A stretch of DNA of 51,280 nt, the filler included, from Catajapyx aquilonaris (Eukaryota): assembly GCA_000934665.2 (NCBI GenBank). It is 2 parts of 2 records of this genome, joined end to end, with 100 filler letters (N's around TTAATTAATTAA, not from the genome) between each part and the next. Parts side by side here need not be neighbours in the genome. Positions count along the whole stretch, not along the records: positions 1 to 25,596 come from JYFJ02005332.1; 1 more part is not named here. One strand, written 5' to 3'. This document shows positions 1 to 13,280 of this stretch, piece after piece; the first letter of the stretch is position 1; each line of letters starts with the position of its first letter. The notes below the pieces were generated by a model. It was not told the DNA's origin, made no database searches, and saw nothing but the letters and a program-made list of their open reading frames with translations. A program made the translations under genes and the position numbers.

Positions 1-539
1 ATGATCGGCCACTTTTCTTCGGGCCATTACAGCCGCATTTGTCGATGTTTGCTTAATATTCTGTCGTCACTTGATGAAACACATCTTGAAGAACATATTC
101 CCACCCTTAACTCATTTTTTTTGGAAATTGGATTTGTCGGGTTTTGGAAGAAGGCGCCTCATTGTATTTCATAATATATTCCTAACTGTTCCAGCTTTAC
201 CATTGTTTTCCCCATGCAAAGAAACCTTTATGCACTAAAAACCTCGCCGATATCACTTATAAAATACAGCTTCCTCATAACCTTGCAAAATGGGTCAATT
301 TTTGACCCTTTGACCACCTTTTGACCACCGTATCTCATGAATTCTTGAGAACCAGGGTTTTTCTGGAAAGGTTCTTTCTTTCGAGAATATAAAAAAACAA
401 GAAAAACACATTTTGAACTGGAACTTCACATAGAAATTCGCGATGTTCCCTTGAATGTCGTATATACATGGCCATACATGACCACCTCTATAGGAATTTT
501 CGACTATAAAAAAAGGTAGATGAGAAGGATGCATGTGTA

Positions 540-904
540 GGGGAAGGGGGACTGGCGCTGCGGTAACGTACGCGCCCACGGATGGAAGGGTCCCGGGTTC
601 GATCCCAGCCCCCCCCCNCCCCCCCCCCTTCATCTCGTGGAGAGTTGGGTCGTCTCTGGCTTCGTCTCGGGTGGAATCTTCGATAGAGTAATCCACCAGG
701 GGAATTCACAAAATGTACCGTTTGAGACATTGAACTTGCATTTTGCACATCCCCTCCCAGTCACCCTGCCCTCGGACCAGGGCGCTTCGCAAAAGGTTCC
801 GATGTATACGTACAGTACAAAAATGTATAACAAAAAGAATAAAGGACCGTACAATACCTCCTCAGTTGGGAGGTCCGCACTACCCAAATTAAATAAAATA
901 AAAA
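540..904 (+). mobile_element. tRNA-derived SINE, family A, copy 1
   Basis: A box TGGCGCTGCGG, B box GGTTCGATCCC and a CCACGGA loop reminiscent of tRNA-Arg(ACG). Body is shared with the copies at 12383, 26862 and 33639. AATAAA and an A-rich tail at the 3' end. Confidence 0.9.
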
Positions 905-1926
905 TGCCTGCTGTGGATTGATTTTCGACCTAGTTATGCCAGGGACCACAGGTGTCACAACATGATCACTTCTTCATGTTATGGCATTTACATGGCCTAC
1001 TTCTTAAAGAACTAAGGCACAGTGGACCATCACTACTGTATGGCGAGCCATCACTGTACGGTTTACCCTATCATAATTATTATTAACACGACATCCTAAA
1101 CGTGTTTTTCAAAACTGTAGGCGCGTAGGGTCTACATGAATGTCAAATATATAAGTTTAAACCAATCATATGGTTGTCATTATCTTGCATTTTGACCTTG
1201 CCAGGATTATTCACCTGTTAAGAATATATTGGGTCCCCGTATTTTTTGTTTTTTCAGTGTTCGTGGCACCCAGTTGAACTTGTCCTGTAAATAATAGCCC
1301 GGGTCAAGCACTCGCCGGTCTAAATTAAATTGGGCATGACCTCACACCCTGTCACAGTATAGTGTCAAAAGCAGTGAGTGATCTGCAAGCGGGAAGCTCT
1401 AGGAATGAGAATGTATTTATATGATTTTTTTTGGCTCCGAATATTCCTTCCAGTGTCGTTTGTCTATTTTTAACATTGTGTTATGTGCTTTGTGGAATTT
1501 TCTTTTATCGCGTGTCATGCCAGCAACTCATTATCATCAATTCTTAATTACTGTCGAGTCTCGTATACGGTATCGTTCTCATTACACATTTCACTCTCAC
1601 TTGTCCCATATTAATGGAACATACACGTAATATTATCCCAACTAACCATCTGTAACTCGTTGCTCGATGAGTGACCTAGTGTCATAGTTCATTCCGAGCT
1701 AGGTCTGACAAGATTCCACTCGAGCGTAATTATACGATGTGATCAGAAAGCGCCATGTATAGGAAACGGTGTCACTAGCTCAAAACAATGGCAACAATCG
1801 CTGTACAGTATCCGGCAGGGTCGGTTGACAATAATTTAAATGGGCATAGGGAATAAATAGGGACATGTCGGATCTACGCCTCTAGCAATGCAACATTTGA
1901 AAGAACTCGCGGGCGCCGACCATGTA

Positions 1927-2467
1927 CAGTACTGGCCAATAATCGAGGCAACGACAAGCGACATTTTCCCGAAGCGGCAGAAGAAGGAATCGAAGATAAA
2001 CATGCTATAAGCCGGGCACGGCTGTAGAAGACTCAGGTTAGGTCACTCCCCACCCACCCCCTGCCGAAGGATTACGCACCGACTGCTCACTTGAGACCTC
2101 CACGAGACATTTCCCAGAGCATTTATGTGGCGACCCTACCGGACTAAGGCTGAACTTTATAGGTACGAAGGGGAGGGCTACATGCTGGCCCAATATGGCC
2201 GCCGGCGGCCATGTTGGGCCCCCCAATGTAGCCCTCCTCTTCGTACCTATAAAGTTCAGCCTTAGTCCGGTAGGGTCGCCACATAAATGCTCTGGGAAAT
2301 GTCTCGTGGAGGTCTCAAGTGAGCAGTCGGTGCGTAATCCCTCGGCAGGTGATAAGCCCAGAAGATAGGGGTAGTGTCCGTGGGCTGAAGCCGGGCGAGC
2401 AAGATTCCTTCTTCTGCCGCTTCGGGAAAATGTCGCTAGTCGTTGCCTCGATTATTGGCCAGTACTG
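1927..2467. mobile_element. Foldback/MITE with TA flanks (Tc1/mariner-type termini) and a double set of inverted arms
   Basis: TA|CAGTACTGGCC...GGCCAGTACTG|TA. Outer arms 1927-1991 / 2403-2467. Inner arms ~2061-2200 / 2206-2348, centred on GGCCGCCGGCGGCC. Confidence 0.85.
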
Positions 2468-5400
2468 TACCAGGTGGCGTCCGTGGTATATTATGCAATG
2501 GTCTGATGGCATGTAAATGGGATGATCTCTTGAAATATGATAATGGTATTGATAATGAAGATGGATCTGTTGTTGTTCTTGATTTGTTATTCTGGAGGTC
2601 CACTTGATATACCAATTTTCGTTTTTTAAAGAATTACAATAAAACGATGGTGGTGATGAATGATGATAAGAAAATTGGGGTCATACAGTACACAATTAAT
2701 TTAATGATTCCTAGACCAAGATGGCCTATACCTTACACTATCATCATATCCGTGAATTGGCATGTGGCACATTTTCTGGCCCATTCACCATTCTCTAATG
2801 GGCACAGGACCCATGCAACACGTGATAAGAACGGGGAGAAATCAGACGAAAAGTTTTACACTCGAGGAATTTCACCCATTCAAGGTGAGTCCTTACCTGG
2901 AAGCACGTGAATCTTCTGGCTGCAACGGCTGCAGCGCAATGGACCAGAAAAGTAAGTGCTTTTTATTATAATGATGTACCTAGTTATAAGTTGGCATAAG
3001 TCGTGTAAATGTACAGTATTTATTATCGCGTTGTCATGGGCTACAGAGAGCCCATGAAAGGGCCATTCAGATATTTTGCTGGAAAGCAATTTATTTTATG
3101 GTGGAATCTACCCTTAATGGAGTTTATTTGGAAATCTTGATGCAGCTCATTTGATCATAAAATGATTTTTACCCTTCCTGCGACTATTATATGATAATAT
3201 TATCGATGCAATACAAACGAGAACTTATTTTAGAACGACCTGTGTAAATCGATAACCTTAATAAGGACACTTTGCAGACAAGTAACTTAAATAAAATGAT
3301 GGGATTACGTCATTATTTTTATAGTCACAGATCATTAAGAGCAATAATTCTGCCATTTCGTTTGAATTTGACACCACTTGAGGCGGACTTCATATCCGAA
3401 ATCACTTGTTACGAAGATTGTTGTATTGCTCTTCAAATCATCGGCCTACTCCCTTTTGTGATGGTCAGTGGCCGAGAATATAGACTGATTACAGTTTATA
3501 CTCTGTGATAAGGAAGAGCTGGATCATTGATGCAAACTGATCAGTGGACATAATACAATCCAGTTAAAAGTTTTTTTGTTTTTAAATTCCGTATCACATG
3601 CTACATCCAGCTCGCCCATCAAATTATGTATACTGCAGTGTGTACGATGGATGAATGAATACCAGTGACATCTGCCGCACATATTTTACTCATAACGGTT
3701 TTGCTGTATTCAGCATCCTCATAGCTCAAAATTGATCTTCGTACTGGATGTATACCTCCATTCACTAAATGAATTTTTTCGCATTCTATCCACTCAACTT
3801 TTTAGAGGATTTGCCCCTGTGTCGTACACCCGGTTTAATGAATGCTGGTCATCTAAAATGTAGCAGGGACTGCTCATCAAAGTTTAATTGAAATCGGAAC
3901 ATGCAGATGAAAAAGGCTTCCCTGCTGCATGAGCAGGATCCAGCAGAATATTGATGCAAACACTAAGTATCTGCAGTAACTGGCAAAATTCTAGTTTAAG
4001 TTTGTGAAAGGCGCATTTAATGGACGTAAATTCTTCAGTCACATTTGTTATTAAATTATTCTACTAAATATTGTGTATTACAGAAGCAATTTCAAAATGG
4101 GCAGGCCAGGTAGAAGCCTATCGTGCTCTGACCTTATTACTGTAGTTTTTTTAAAGAGAAGTTTTACAAATGCAACAAACTTAAACTACTTATTCTTTAA
4201 ATAACTTTTATTTTTTCAAATTAGGGAGAATTATAGGGTCCCCTCGCCGCCAGTTTTGGCATGGCAGCAAGATTTAATACGTCCGTAAACCGCGGTTTAA
4301 TAATTTTCCAGTAGTTACTAACAGACGACTAAACATTTGCATGGAAAATTATACCATAATTAATGACGAATGTAGTGATTTAATAGCATTCAAATGCTTA
4401 AGAATGGACCCAATAGATTCAGGTGCCATCTCTGGGTGGAAGATTGAACTTCAAGCTGTTCAGATACTTAGATGCCATGCTTACTTGTGCCATCGCGGGT
4501 GTTGTATGTTGAATCACCAATGTCCCTGCGGTATGGGCTCCATCTATTACAATCTATATGGGGGCGCGTAATATGAACTCTGTGGGCAAGGAGATACAGC
4601 TACACGCAATTAAGCGATAACTTCATTGGGTTTCATTGCGAGAGATGATATTAAACGCTACTGGATTAAATTATGGGTGCTGGACATGCTGAATATTTCG
4701 CATTTGCACAACTCCAAGACAGAGTCTATGCAACTGAAGTGGACAGACCAAATAATGACGTGTCCTCCATCACCCCCTGACATGCTGGAGAGAACCTCGG
4801 GGGAGGGAGGTTTTCGGCTTAGAATTGGGCTTGATACTAAAGGAGCAATGGTGGAAGGCTACTTTTTTTTTACATACTTTTGATGAGTGTCCCTTCTCAT
4901 TTGTACAATTTCGACGCCATGGTCCAGTAACTTACGTAGTAGTAACAAGTTAAAACTATGGAGGTTCTTTGTGGACACCCTGTATTACTCAAGGTGCACG
5001 TGACGCATTTATAAAAATTATGATATGCACTCTGTGCCATGGGGAGGTAGTGGCGTTACATTTTCTCCGCATCAAGGTCCCAATAGCAAGATTATTCAAG
5101 TATTTCTCATTTTATTATCATTACCATTTTGGTTTGCATTAAAATTGCTATATTTGTATCAAAATGATTGACATGACACACTGTAAGAAAATATGGTATT
5201 TCAAAATGTTCTATCATTGTAAGTAGGTTATATTGGATTTTTCCAACCACACTGGTGATGGGGCCGTCATCCCGTATCTTATTGATACTGATCCCTCCTC
5301 TCTATTGTGGGAGGGTCTAGCTCTGCGGGGGAATAGAGGAGAGGGTTCTTTATATGCGTGAGCTACTAATGTCACGGTTATAAGGCTTTCTTTTCGCAGA

Positions 5401-6362
5401 GTGTAATTTAAAGGTTGAGTCACTCATCTAGTTTGAAAGTACGTAGACTATACTTGAGTGCTGGGCACCGCACATAATGATGACTTCAAAGAAGAAGAAA
5501 AAAACCGATTTGCATTTGGCTGAATTAGGAAGTACTATTGTGATGATTTCCTCTACCAACTAGCTGGTATATCGAATGCACAGGTCATACTGTAGTTAAG
5601 TACGGGAAGCAATCAATGTGTTGTCGGGAAGGTAGGTAGGCAAGCAGGCAGGCATAGTGTCCCATCGCCGAATCCGCTGCCAAGTGTGCTTGTAAATCCA
5701 GCATGGCTTTTGATCCGATGGAATAAGGTTCGGACGGAAACCTTCCGTCGCAATCATTTGCATGTGAAAGGAAGCCGAGAGAGGCAAGTTTCCCAAGCAA
5801 GGCTGCTGAGGCAATTTACGAGGCCATCTGCCCGGCTAGCTCCTAGGATTTCTCCACCAAAGCCTTTTGGGCCGTCCTGAACAAGTGTCCCCCCCCACCC
5901 TATCCTCCACCCACCACCACCCTATCCTTCGACGAGTGTGTTGGAGAGCATTGGTTCACTCCAACTACTACTTTCGTCATGCCCTGGGTCTGCCGCGCAG
6001 TTACTTTGCCCGTGACGTCCTGATTCCACGGCTCCCCCTAAATGCTTTTACACGTCCAGCAGCCGACCCTTGATGAATGCCACTAAGGTTGGTCAGAGTC
6101 AAAGTCGCTACGGATACCGACTGCCGTTGTAAACAGAGAAGTCTGTAACATTTTAGAGCATGCATACAACATATGTCTCATCTAAGCGGTAGGCAGTGGT
6201 CGACTCATCTTCATCCCACTGGTAACGGTCCTCATCGAGTCCATCTTCTGATTATTTGGATTGCCACCAAAAAGGGCGGAACCTGCCAAGAATCATTTGA
6301 TCTAAGTTTATAGAATACAACTGGCGGGAGGATTTCAGTTTGACATTATAGCAAAAGGTATA

Positions 6363-6634
6363 CAGGGTGCTAATCCTAAGCGTGTCACCAGAAAAGGTGG
6401 TAGAGGGCGCAGGTGTGAGCAATTTTGCATAAGGAACTAGTAGTCGGAAACGCACCCTCACCGAGTAACGCCCCTTTCAAGTTTGCGGAAGGCAGTGTGC
6501 ATGAGGCGTGCGGCACGCGGCGGAGTGGCTCGGTGAGGGTGCGTTTCCGACCCCTAGTTCCTTATGCAAAAATGCTCACACCTGCGCCCTCTACCACCAC
6601 CTTTTCTAGTGACACGCTTAGGATTAACACCCTG
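6363..6634. mobile_element. Tc1/mariner-type palindromic MITE (CAGGGTG termini)
   Basis: TA|CAGGGTG...CACCCTG|TA with ~100-bp near-perfect inverted arms. Confidence 0.9.
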
Positions 6635-7738
6635 TATAGGCCTTACATAACAAAATGGGTGAAAAGCCATTTTGTTTTCCAGCAATTTTGAGAAGTGGCT
6701 CGGTTATGTCGCCTGCTAAACTGGCAATCAGCGACGAAATAAAATGGCGTGGTAGAGAGGTCAAGTCAGGTGGGATTTGATTTGTTCGGGCTCAAATAAC
6801 ATGGGAGTGAGAGGCGTGGGGAGGAAGGGGACTGGGGTGTGAGGGGTGCAACAAACAAGGCGGTCCCAGCCTGACTGCCTGACTGCCGACCCCGCAAGTT
6901 ATTCCGCCTTGCTGAAAGATGATGTCAGTTGCAGCTGGGCTCTCGGGGGCTCTTATTGTCTCGGCAGACTCTTGGAGTTGGCCCAGGACGTGATTTAGGG
7001 TCGCGATGGGGGAGGGGCACTAGGACGAGCTCTCCCTCTCTCCCTCTCTCCCTCTCTCCCTCTCCCCCTTCCTCTCTCTCACGGTAAAATGGCCCCAAAA
7101 TTCTTTCATATACCACCTCTCTGGCTTTCTGCCTCGTCCAAGCACAATAACCTTTCCTGCAGGGTACACTACGTACGATATGGTATTTGGCAGGGGCTTC
7201 CTACGTAGATACCTCCCAAAAAAAGCCTGAAATTGGGAGTGAAAAGGTACATTTTGGGACGTGATAGGAGGGGAGATTGTAACTGTACTTTAGTAAGTGT
7301 TGTAGCTCATGAGAGTCAGGTTGGCAAAATGTCGCATAAGGTTTTGATTCAAACTGGGAGCATACATGGTATAGGACCAATGTTGTCATAGATTGAGCTA
7401 CTGAAGATTGTGGACTGCCATTGCAGTTAGATTGTTCAATTTCGCGAAAGGATTTCTGAAGAAGGAGGGCTGTCTAATAAAATGCTGAATTTATTAAAGC
7501 CCGGGAAGAAATGAATGAAGGGAAAACACCTGCCAGTACCCCCGTCAATTGTCTGTCTTTCTCTGTGTCCGGCCACCAATGCCATCTGTGGTCCTGCTAC
7601 TCCAACACCTTCAACCTCTCCCGCCTGTATAACGGCAACCGTCATTTGCCTGCAATCAGTAGTCAACCCCCAACACCTCCATCCTCTCCCGGCCTGCGGG
7701 TGGAGCACAGATGGCAGGCAAATGACGGTTGGCAGGCG

Positions 7739-7739
<1 letters not shown>

Positions 7740-7773
<34 letters not shown>

Positions 7774-7798
7774 TCACAAACGGCTTTATTTATATAGA
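7740..7798 (-). mobile_element. Non-autonomous Helitron-like 5' end with (CTGT)n microsatellite
   Basis: The minus strand reads A|TCTATATAAATAAAGCC...(GTCT)n, the TC start plus microsatellite pattern of insect non-autonomous Helitrons. The 3' end was not located. Confidence 0.6.
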
Positions 7799-10700
7799 TA
7801 ATATTAGTATACTGTATATCTTGGTCAATGTTAAAGTTGTGATAAAATGCGATCGGACAGTCGCAATATTAGCAGCCAATACTTTTAATAACTACATACT
7901 AAGTTATGAGCCTATTATAATGATATTGAGGATGTCTCTCCCTGCCTTCTTTCCCCAACCACATGCCTGGTTTCATTGGAACCCCTCCTGGACTTGTAGT
8001 CCCTACTTGACTTAGGAGGACTCGACATAAATTACACTCACTCTTTTAATGTTACCAAGCTAGCACCCCTCCTTCTGGTTTGAACTTTGGAGAAACTTTT
8101 GTTGTAATGGGCGTATGAATCCTCACTCTCAGACAGCTTTAGGGAAGCAGGAATATAAGTCAAGGTGGATAGGTTGGTTGGCTCTCTTGCCTGCCTGCAC
8201 CTACCACCACATACACAAAGCTTCTCCCCTCGGATCATTGCTCAAACGAAGGCAAGTACTGCTGCAGTGCGCAAACTGGTGCTTTGCTCACGTATAGTGC
8301 CTCCTGGAATATGGCAACATTGCACTGCGACCAACTTGCCAACTGCTTTAACTTTCTATATAACTGCTTACCATTTATGGGAACGCGAGAATGCTTGGTG
8401 TTCTGTGTAATGTCGCCTCAGGGTTAGATGACCTAACTTACTCTATGTCAGAAAAAGGTTGGGCAAACTTATCCTGGTGCTGGTATAGCTATCAGCACAC
8501 GAGCAAGGTAAAGGTGCTGAAATATTCGTCCGAAACTTAATTTTTTAATATATTATACCTAATGTTTCCCCCCATTTTGAACTACATTTATTATCATTTC
8601 GGAGAATGCCAAAGAAGACCCCCACAGTCTTTTGCACTCCGTGAAAAATCCAACGCAATACGACCATGTTCAGGATTTGCGAACGTCAGCCAAAATGCCA
8701 CATGCATGGGCACATGATTCATGATTGACGGACAGGGAAGAGGGGAGGAAAGGAGGTTCGGTGTTGGGTTTTGTGGAGGGGATGGAGAGGGGAGGGGTTG
8801 GTGGGGGGACAAAGCAGGTTTGTGGTAATGGTGGTTGGGAGGTGGGGGCTGATAATTCGGAGCGAATGGGATCTGTATTCCAGTTGAAGGACTATGCGCC
8901 GCTGAACAGTTATGTAAGTCTACTAAGTCAGCATATTAAAATATTGCGAAAGAGACGCCAAATAATGTAATTTATTGTATAGTACGTTTGCGCACTCCAC
9001 TCCCAAAAAATTCTGGTGTCAAAGTAACTCGAACATCAAAATATTAAAGCATGTTTGAAAATACAGTGAAGTTGTGCAGTAGCTCATTCCAAATCGCCCC
9101 TGCCTTGTGCACATACTAGTGAACAGGGAAGGCACGTTGGTTATCTAGCTGCTAGGATAAGGTAAATCGCTATTTTTGCCTTCCATTTCATCCATCGTAT
9201 TGGGTCAAGCGTACTGTATTCAATGTGAATTTGATACAGTGTGTCTCGGATGGAGTTGTATGGGCCATATAAGGGCGGATTTATAGCAATCGTTGTGACG
9301 ATTGATTAACCAAGCTCATTCTTGCACTGCTTTGACATGACAGATGTCGATATGGCCGGGGTTTTCATGCCGAATATTTTCCTACTTTTTGCGACAATTT
9401 GTCATTGCTCAGGTGACTACAAAACAGCGTTAGAAGCTTCTTTTCTGCCTGAATAATTTGATTTGGCATGTCACGAACGTCACGACTTGAACCTCTTGAA
9501 CCGACTACAGTCGTCATTGTGAATTGGGAACGGCATTAACTGAACGTTGGCCCCATCATTATGAAAAATAGTGTAATAAAAAAGTATGACGTGACTATCC
9601 AGTTTTGAATAAATAGTTATGATAACCAAACCTATAGTACTGCAAATTGCTTAATATACTGTATTATAAATGGACCATACTGCCGTATAACCTATACGTA
9701 CAGTGCGACATTATTATTATTAAATGCATCGAATGTCATTGTACCCAAAATAACGACGAGTTAAAAAAAATACTGATGACACGACGTCTATAGTTTTGTA
9801 GAAACTCGAGGCAAGAAATATACAGTATACTGCGGGGGACTTGTCAGTACCTACTGTACAGTATTCCTAATGCATAGCAGGTGGACTGAATTCGAAGAAA
9901 GCAACAGGTTCGCTGTAAAATCGACACATTCAGAAAGACTTTCCGGTGAATGAACTACAGTACGTTGAATGGCAATGCAACTTTGATTCTCAGGTAGATT
10001 TCCTAGCCTTGGGATTCATCTGCTAAATGAGCGAAATTCTAGAGCTGGTCCCTTTAGGGAAGAACGAAGCGGTGATGAGTTGAACACTGAGCAGGAAAAT
10101 CTAGTGCAAAAAAAACAACCTAGGCAGAAATGCTTGTGTACAAGTAAGCCTACATGATTTGGTTACTTGACTGGTAAATCTGACACGACCACTGCGATTT
10201 CATGATGGGGAATACCACACGCAATTGAATGCATATTTTATTTGGGCTTTATTCACATGAAGTGCCAAATGTTGACTGTTATCGCCATGGCCATAAAAGA
10301 TTGCATTTGAACGATGTGATATATCAGTGAGGCGCTCCATGATTAATTACTTTGGCATTCAGATCGTTCAGTGATTGCGATATAGCCCCCATAAAGAATA
10401 GCATACCTTTCATTATCCTCAATAATCGGCTGAGCTGATTCATATATGAAATTGGTCTTGTTTATGCAAGTTTTGAACATTTGCGGATGATGGAATGAAC
10501 TCGCAGAGTTTACATACAAACACAAACAAGCAGACGTCTCCTAGCAGCATGCACAGCGTAATATGTCCCAAATTACTGTGGCTTCGACAGATTTGGGCAC
10601 CAATATTCGTTTTCAGCAGGAATTAATATGGCTACTTGCAAACTATAGGAGTATTCGATTCACTTGTCACACACAAATATTGAAGTGCACTGTAAGCCTC

Positions 10701-11356
10701 TTGTTAGCGCCTGTCGTCCAGGTTCCCTTTATAATAAACAATTCTGCAGATACGGACCAGTTGGCTACAAACCTACCGATTTTAGCAAGGTAACCAACTG
10801 GTGCTGCATCTTGGTTAAGTCGCTATTTCCCTGTCCAGCACGTTGTGAAGACTTGAGGTGCAAATCCGGGCATCCTCCTTGAGTAGATAGACAGAGAAGG
10901 AAGGGAATTGAATAGCCGGCGCAAAGCTGGCTGGTGCACGGTCTGCATGGGGGTGGAGAGACCACGGGGACGCATTCCCTTTTATGTACAATCTTGAAGC
11001 TGTCAGGGGATGGCTCCCTGGAGAACAATGGAACCCTGCCTGATGCTTCGGTTGCATCGTCCGAGTGCGTGCGTGCCTGTCTGCGTGAGTGTGTGCCACT
11101 TTGGTGTCTGCAGTGGTGGCTAACGTACGTTGTCCATGAAATGACCCGTGGCATACCACATTTTTTTATCACTAACTGTAAGAGCAATGTGCATATTGAA
11201 GATATTTTCAAAGGAACTGAATAGTGTACCTTGCAGGAACTCTGCCTCAATTTACAAATCTGATTATAATAATCATACCAGAAACTGAAAGTGACATGGA
11301 TGCTTTCGGTATATTTAAGTGGCTATTTGAAAGGGTAGAAAAATAGTGTCACTTTG

Positions 11357-11581
11357 TCTAATCGGGAGGTCCTGGGTTCGAATCCCGGGGCCGGCGACCC
11401 TGACCATGGTTTTCTGTGGTTTTCCATGGTCCCCCCAGGACAATTCCGGGGTCGTTTCCGTAAAAATAGGCCACAGCCGCTTCCTTCCTTCCCTATCCCT
11501 GCTCCCATCCAATGGTGGTAATCCACCCCCTAAGGGAGCCAAAGGCTCTAGCACGGGGTATGATAAATAAATAAAATAAAT
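11357..11581 (+). mobile_element. 5'-truncated tRNA-SINE, family B
   Basis: B box GGTTCGAATCCC and (AAAT)n tail, flanked by the direct repeat AAATA(G/C)TGTCACTTTG (11341-11356 / 11582-11597). The tail is shared with 26788-26850. Confidence 0.85.
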
Positions 11582-11623
11582 AAATACTGTCACTTTGCGG
11601 GAGCTGCATAGAAATAGTGAATA

Positions 11624-11651
11624 CTAGCAGGATACCCGGCGTTGCCCGGGT
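11624..11651 (-). mobile_element. Helitron-like 3' terminus
   Basis: Minus strand: GC hairpin ACCCGGGCAACGCCGGGT, then ...GCTAG|T, the canonical Helitron 3' end. Confidence 0.6.
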
Positions 11652-12378
11652 TATAAAATACTTTTCCATTGGAGTAACTCATTGATGGTGTTGTTACTGC
11701 AACATGCCGTGACTTTAGCCTTAAGGAATGCTGCCCCCAGTATTACAACCTAAAACCGGTCGGTATTTAAAGCACCAGCTCGAACCCTGGGCCTGGCCCG
11801 ATGCCGTAGCTGGACCGTGCCACCGTGTCTAGGATAAAAATGGAATAAGAGCAAACCATGGCCGAATAAACCGTTGAAAATTGATGAAAAGAACCGGCGT
11901 TCGATATGGAACGGTTTATGGGGGATGACGAGCCGAAAGCAATAATCACTGCTTTGGCTACTTTGGGAAGTAGCTATAACTGTTGGTGATGAGGGTATTA
12001 GCTGCGTGATAAACGTGATGGGACCTTATGGGGACATGGTATTTCGCCTCCTGTGGCCAAGTATGACCTCGGAGGTCTAGTCCAATGTGCTGAAAACCTT
12101 CCCCGTTAAAAACTACCCTTAATGAACACCCTGGGGCATACGTCCAGGCCTCCGTATTGATTTGCATCGGGAACATACGTTGTGAAATATGTATTAGAAG
12201 ACGCCTGAATTTGTTTGTAATGTAAAATGTCATCATCTCTTGAAACTTCGCAACGTTTTCAGAATGCCCACTGGGTATTAATTCTGCAATGTTTTAATGC
12301 AATATTTTAATGCAATGATTTAATGCTCGTACAAAATAGTTGTGTCCAAATGATGTCTGGTCTTGTTTACCACTTGGA

Positions 12379-12382
<4 letters not shown>

Positions 12383-12434
<52 letters not shown>

Positions 12435-12776
12435 TAATCCTTGGGTAGTGCCTGACCCTATATAGGGTATGCGGCACGGACCTTTATTATACTTGAAGTA
12501 CAATGCAGTACAATGCTGGAACCTTGAGCGAATCGCCCGGGCCCACGGGCAGGATGACAGGAGGGGATGTGCAAGGTGCAGTGCAATGTCTTAAACGTGG
12601 CCATTTTTAGTGAACTCCCCCGGGTGGTTTAGTCTGTTGGAAATACCACCCGAGACGAAGACAGAGGTGACCCTGAACTCTGCACGAGATGAACGGGGTG
12701 TCCCTGGGTTGGGATCGAACCCGGGACCTTAACATCCGTGGGCGCACACGTTACCGCAGCATCACTCCGCCTCCCC
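12383..12776 (-). mobile_element. tRNA-derived SINE, family A, copy 2 (full length)
   Basis: B box and tRNA-like head on the minus strand, (TTA)n tail, exact 15-bp TSD TACCACTTGGAATAT at 12368-12382 and 12777-12791. Confidence 0.95.
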
Positions 12777-12924
12777 TACCACTTGGAATATGAATAATAT
12801 TACTGTTGTCGACCGCTTAACCGTGGCCTACTCTAAAACACTGTAAGGTAGTCTACTATTGCTGTACTATTCCTTTATAGTGGTTGCTTTGTCATAGGCA
12901 TATCGTGCCCGGGCATATCTTATA

Positions 12925-13280
12925 CAGGGTGGTTCAAAAGGTGGTCCCTTCATCAGACTTGCGCTGCATGCATATTTTAAAGGCAATATTGCTCTAGCTT
13001 TTTATTCTGGCGATTCGGCTCCATCATGGAGGGAATCAGAGAACAATTTTGGTTTTGTTATTGATAGCGCGAATAATAGAAATCACCATATTGCTTATTT
13101 AACCCTCCAAACATCCTCTCCACATGAGTCGCCTAAAGTGCAGGATATTCTCCATAGTAGAATAACAAAAACGAACTTATTAACTCCGCAATGAAGCCAA
13201 ACTATCCAATATCAAATATCTTAGAGAAGCTTCGCCTTAGAAATTTGCAAAAGGAAGTGCGCCAATTTTGAAACACCCTG
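12925..13280. mobile_element. Tc1/mariner-type MITE (CAGGGTG termini)
   Basis: TA|CAGGGTGGTTCAAAA...TTTTGAAACACCCTG|TA. Confidence 0.8.

Noticed and set aside
540..612. tRNA gene calls for SINE heads (also 12700-12776, 27140-27211, 33640-33712, 45666-45735)
   Set aside because: Each continues into a shared SINE body and tail, some with TSDs, and the cloverleaf stems are imperfect.
609..628. Poly-C/G runs containing a single N (also ~20766, 23510, 44276, 48296, 50504)
   Set aside because: Homopolymer-length ambiguity from sequencing or assembly, not biological structure.
8200..8350. QSFSPRII / SRIV..W..NLP as a CR1/L2 ORF2 tail
   Set aside because: The similarity is too weak to call from sequence alone.
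7740..11651. Helitron 5' end at 7798 and 3' end at 11624 as one element
   Set aside because: Both are on the minus strand but in the wrong order, facing away from each other, so they belong to separate copies.
12294..12503. Poly-Tyr ORF, and likewise the poly-Leu ORF at 47613-47807 and the TDRQ-repeat ORFs at 7436-8015
   Set aside because: These are translations of (TTA)n retroelement tails and a (CAGA)n microsatellite.
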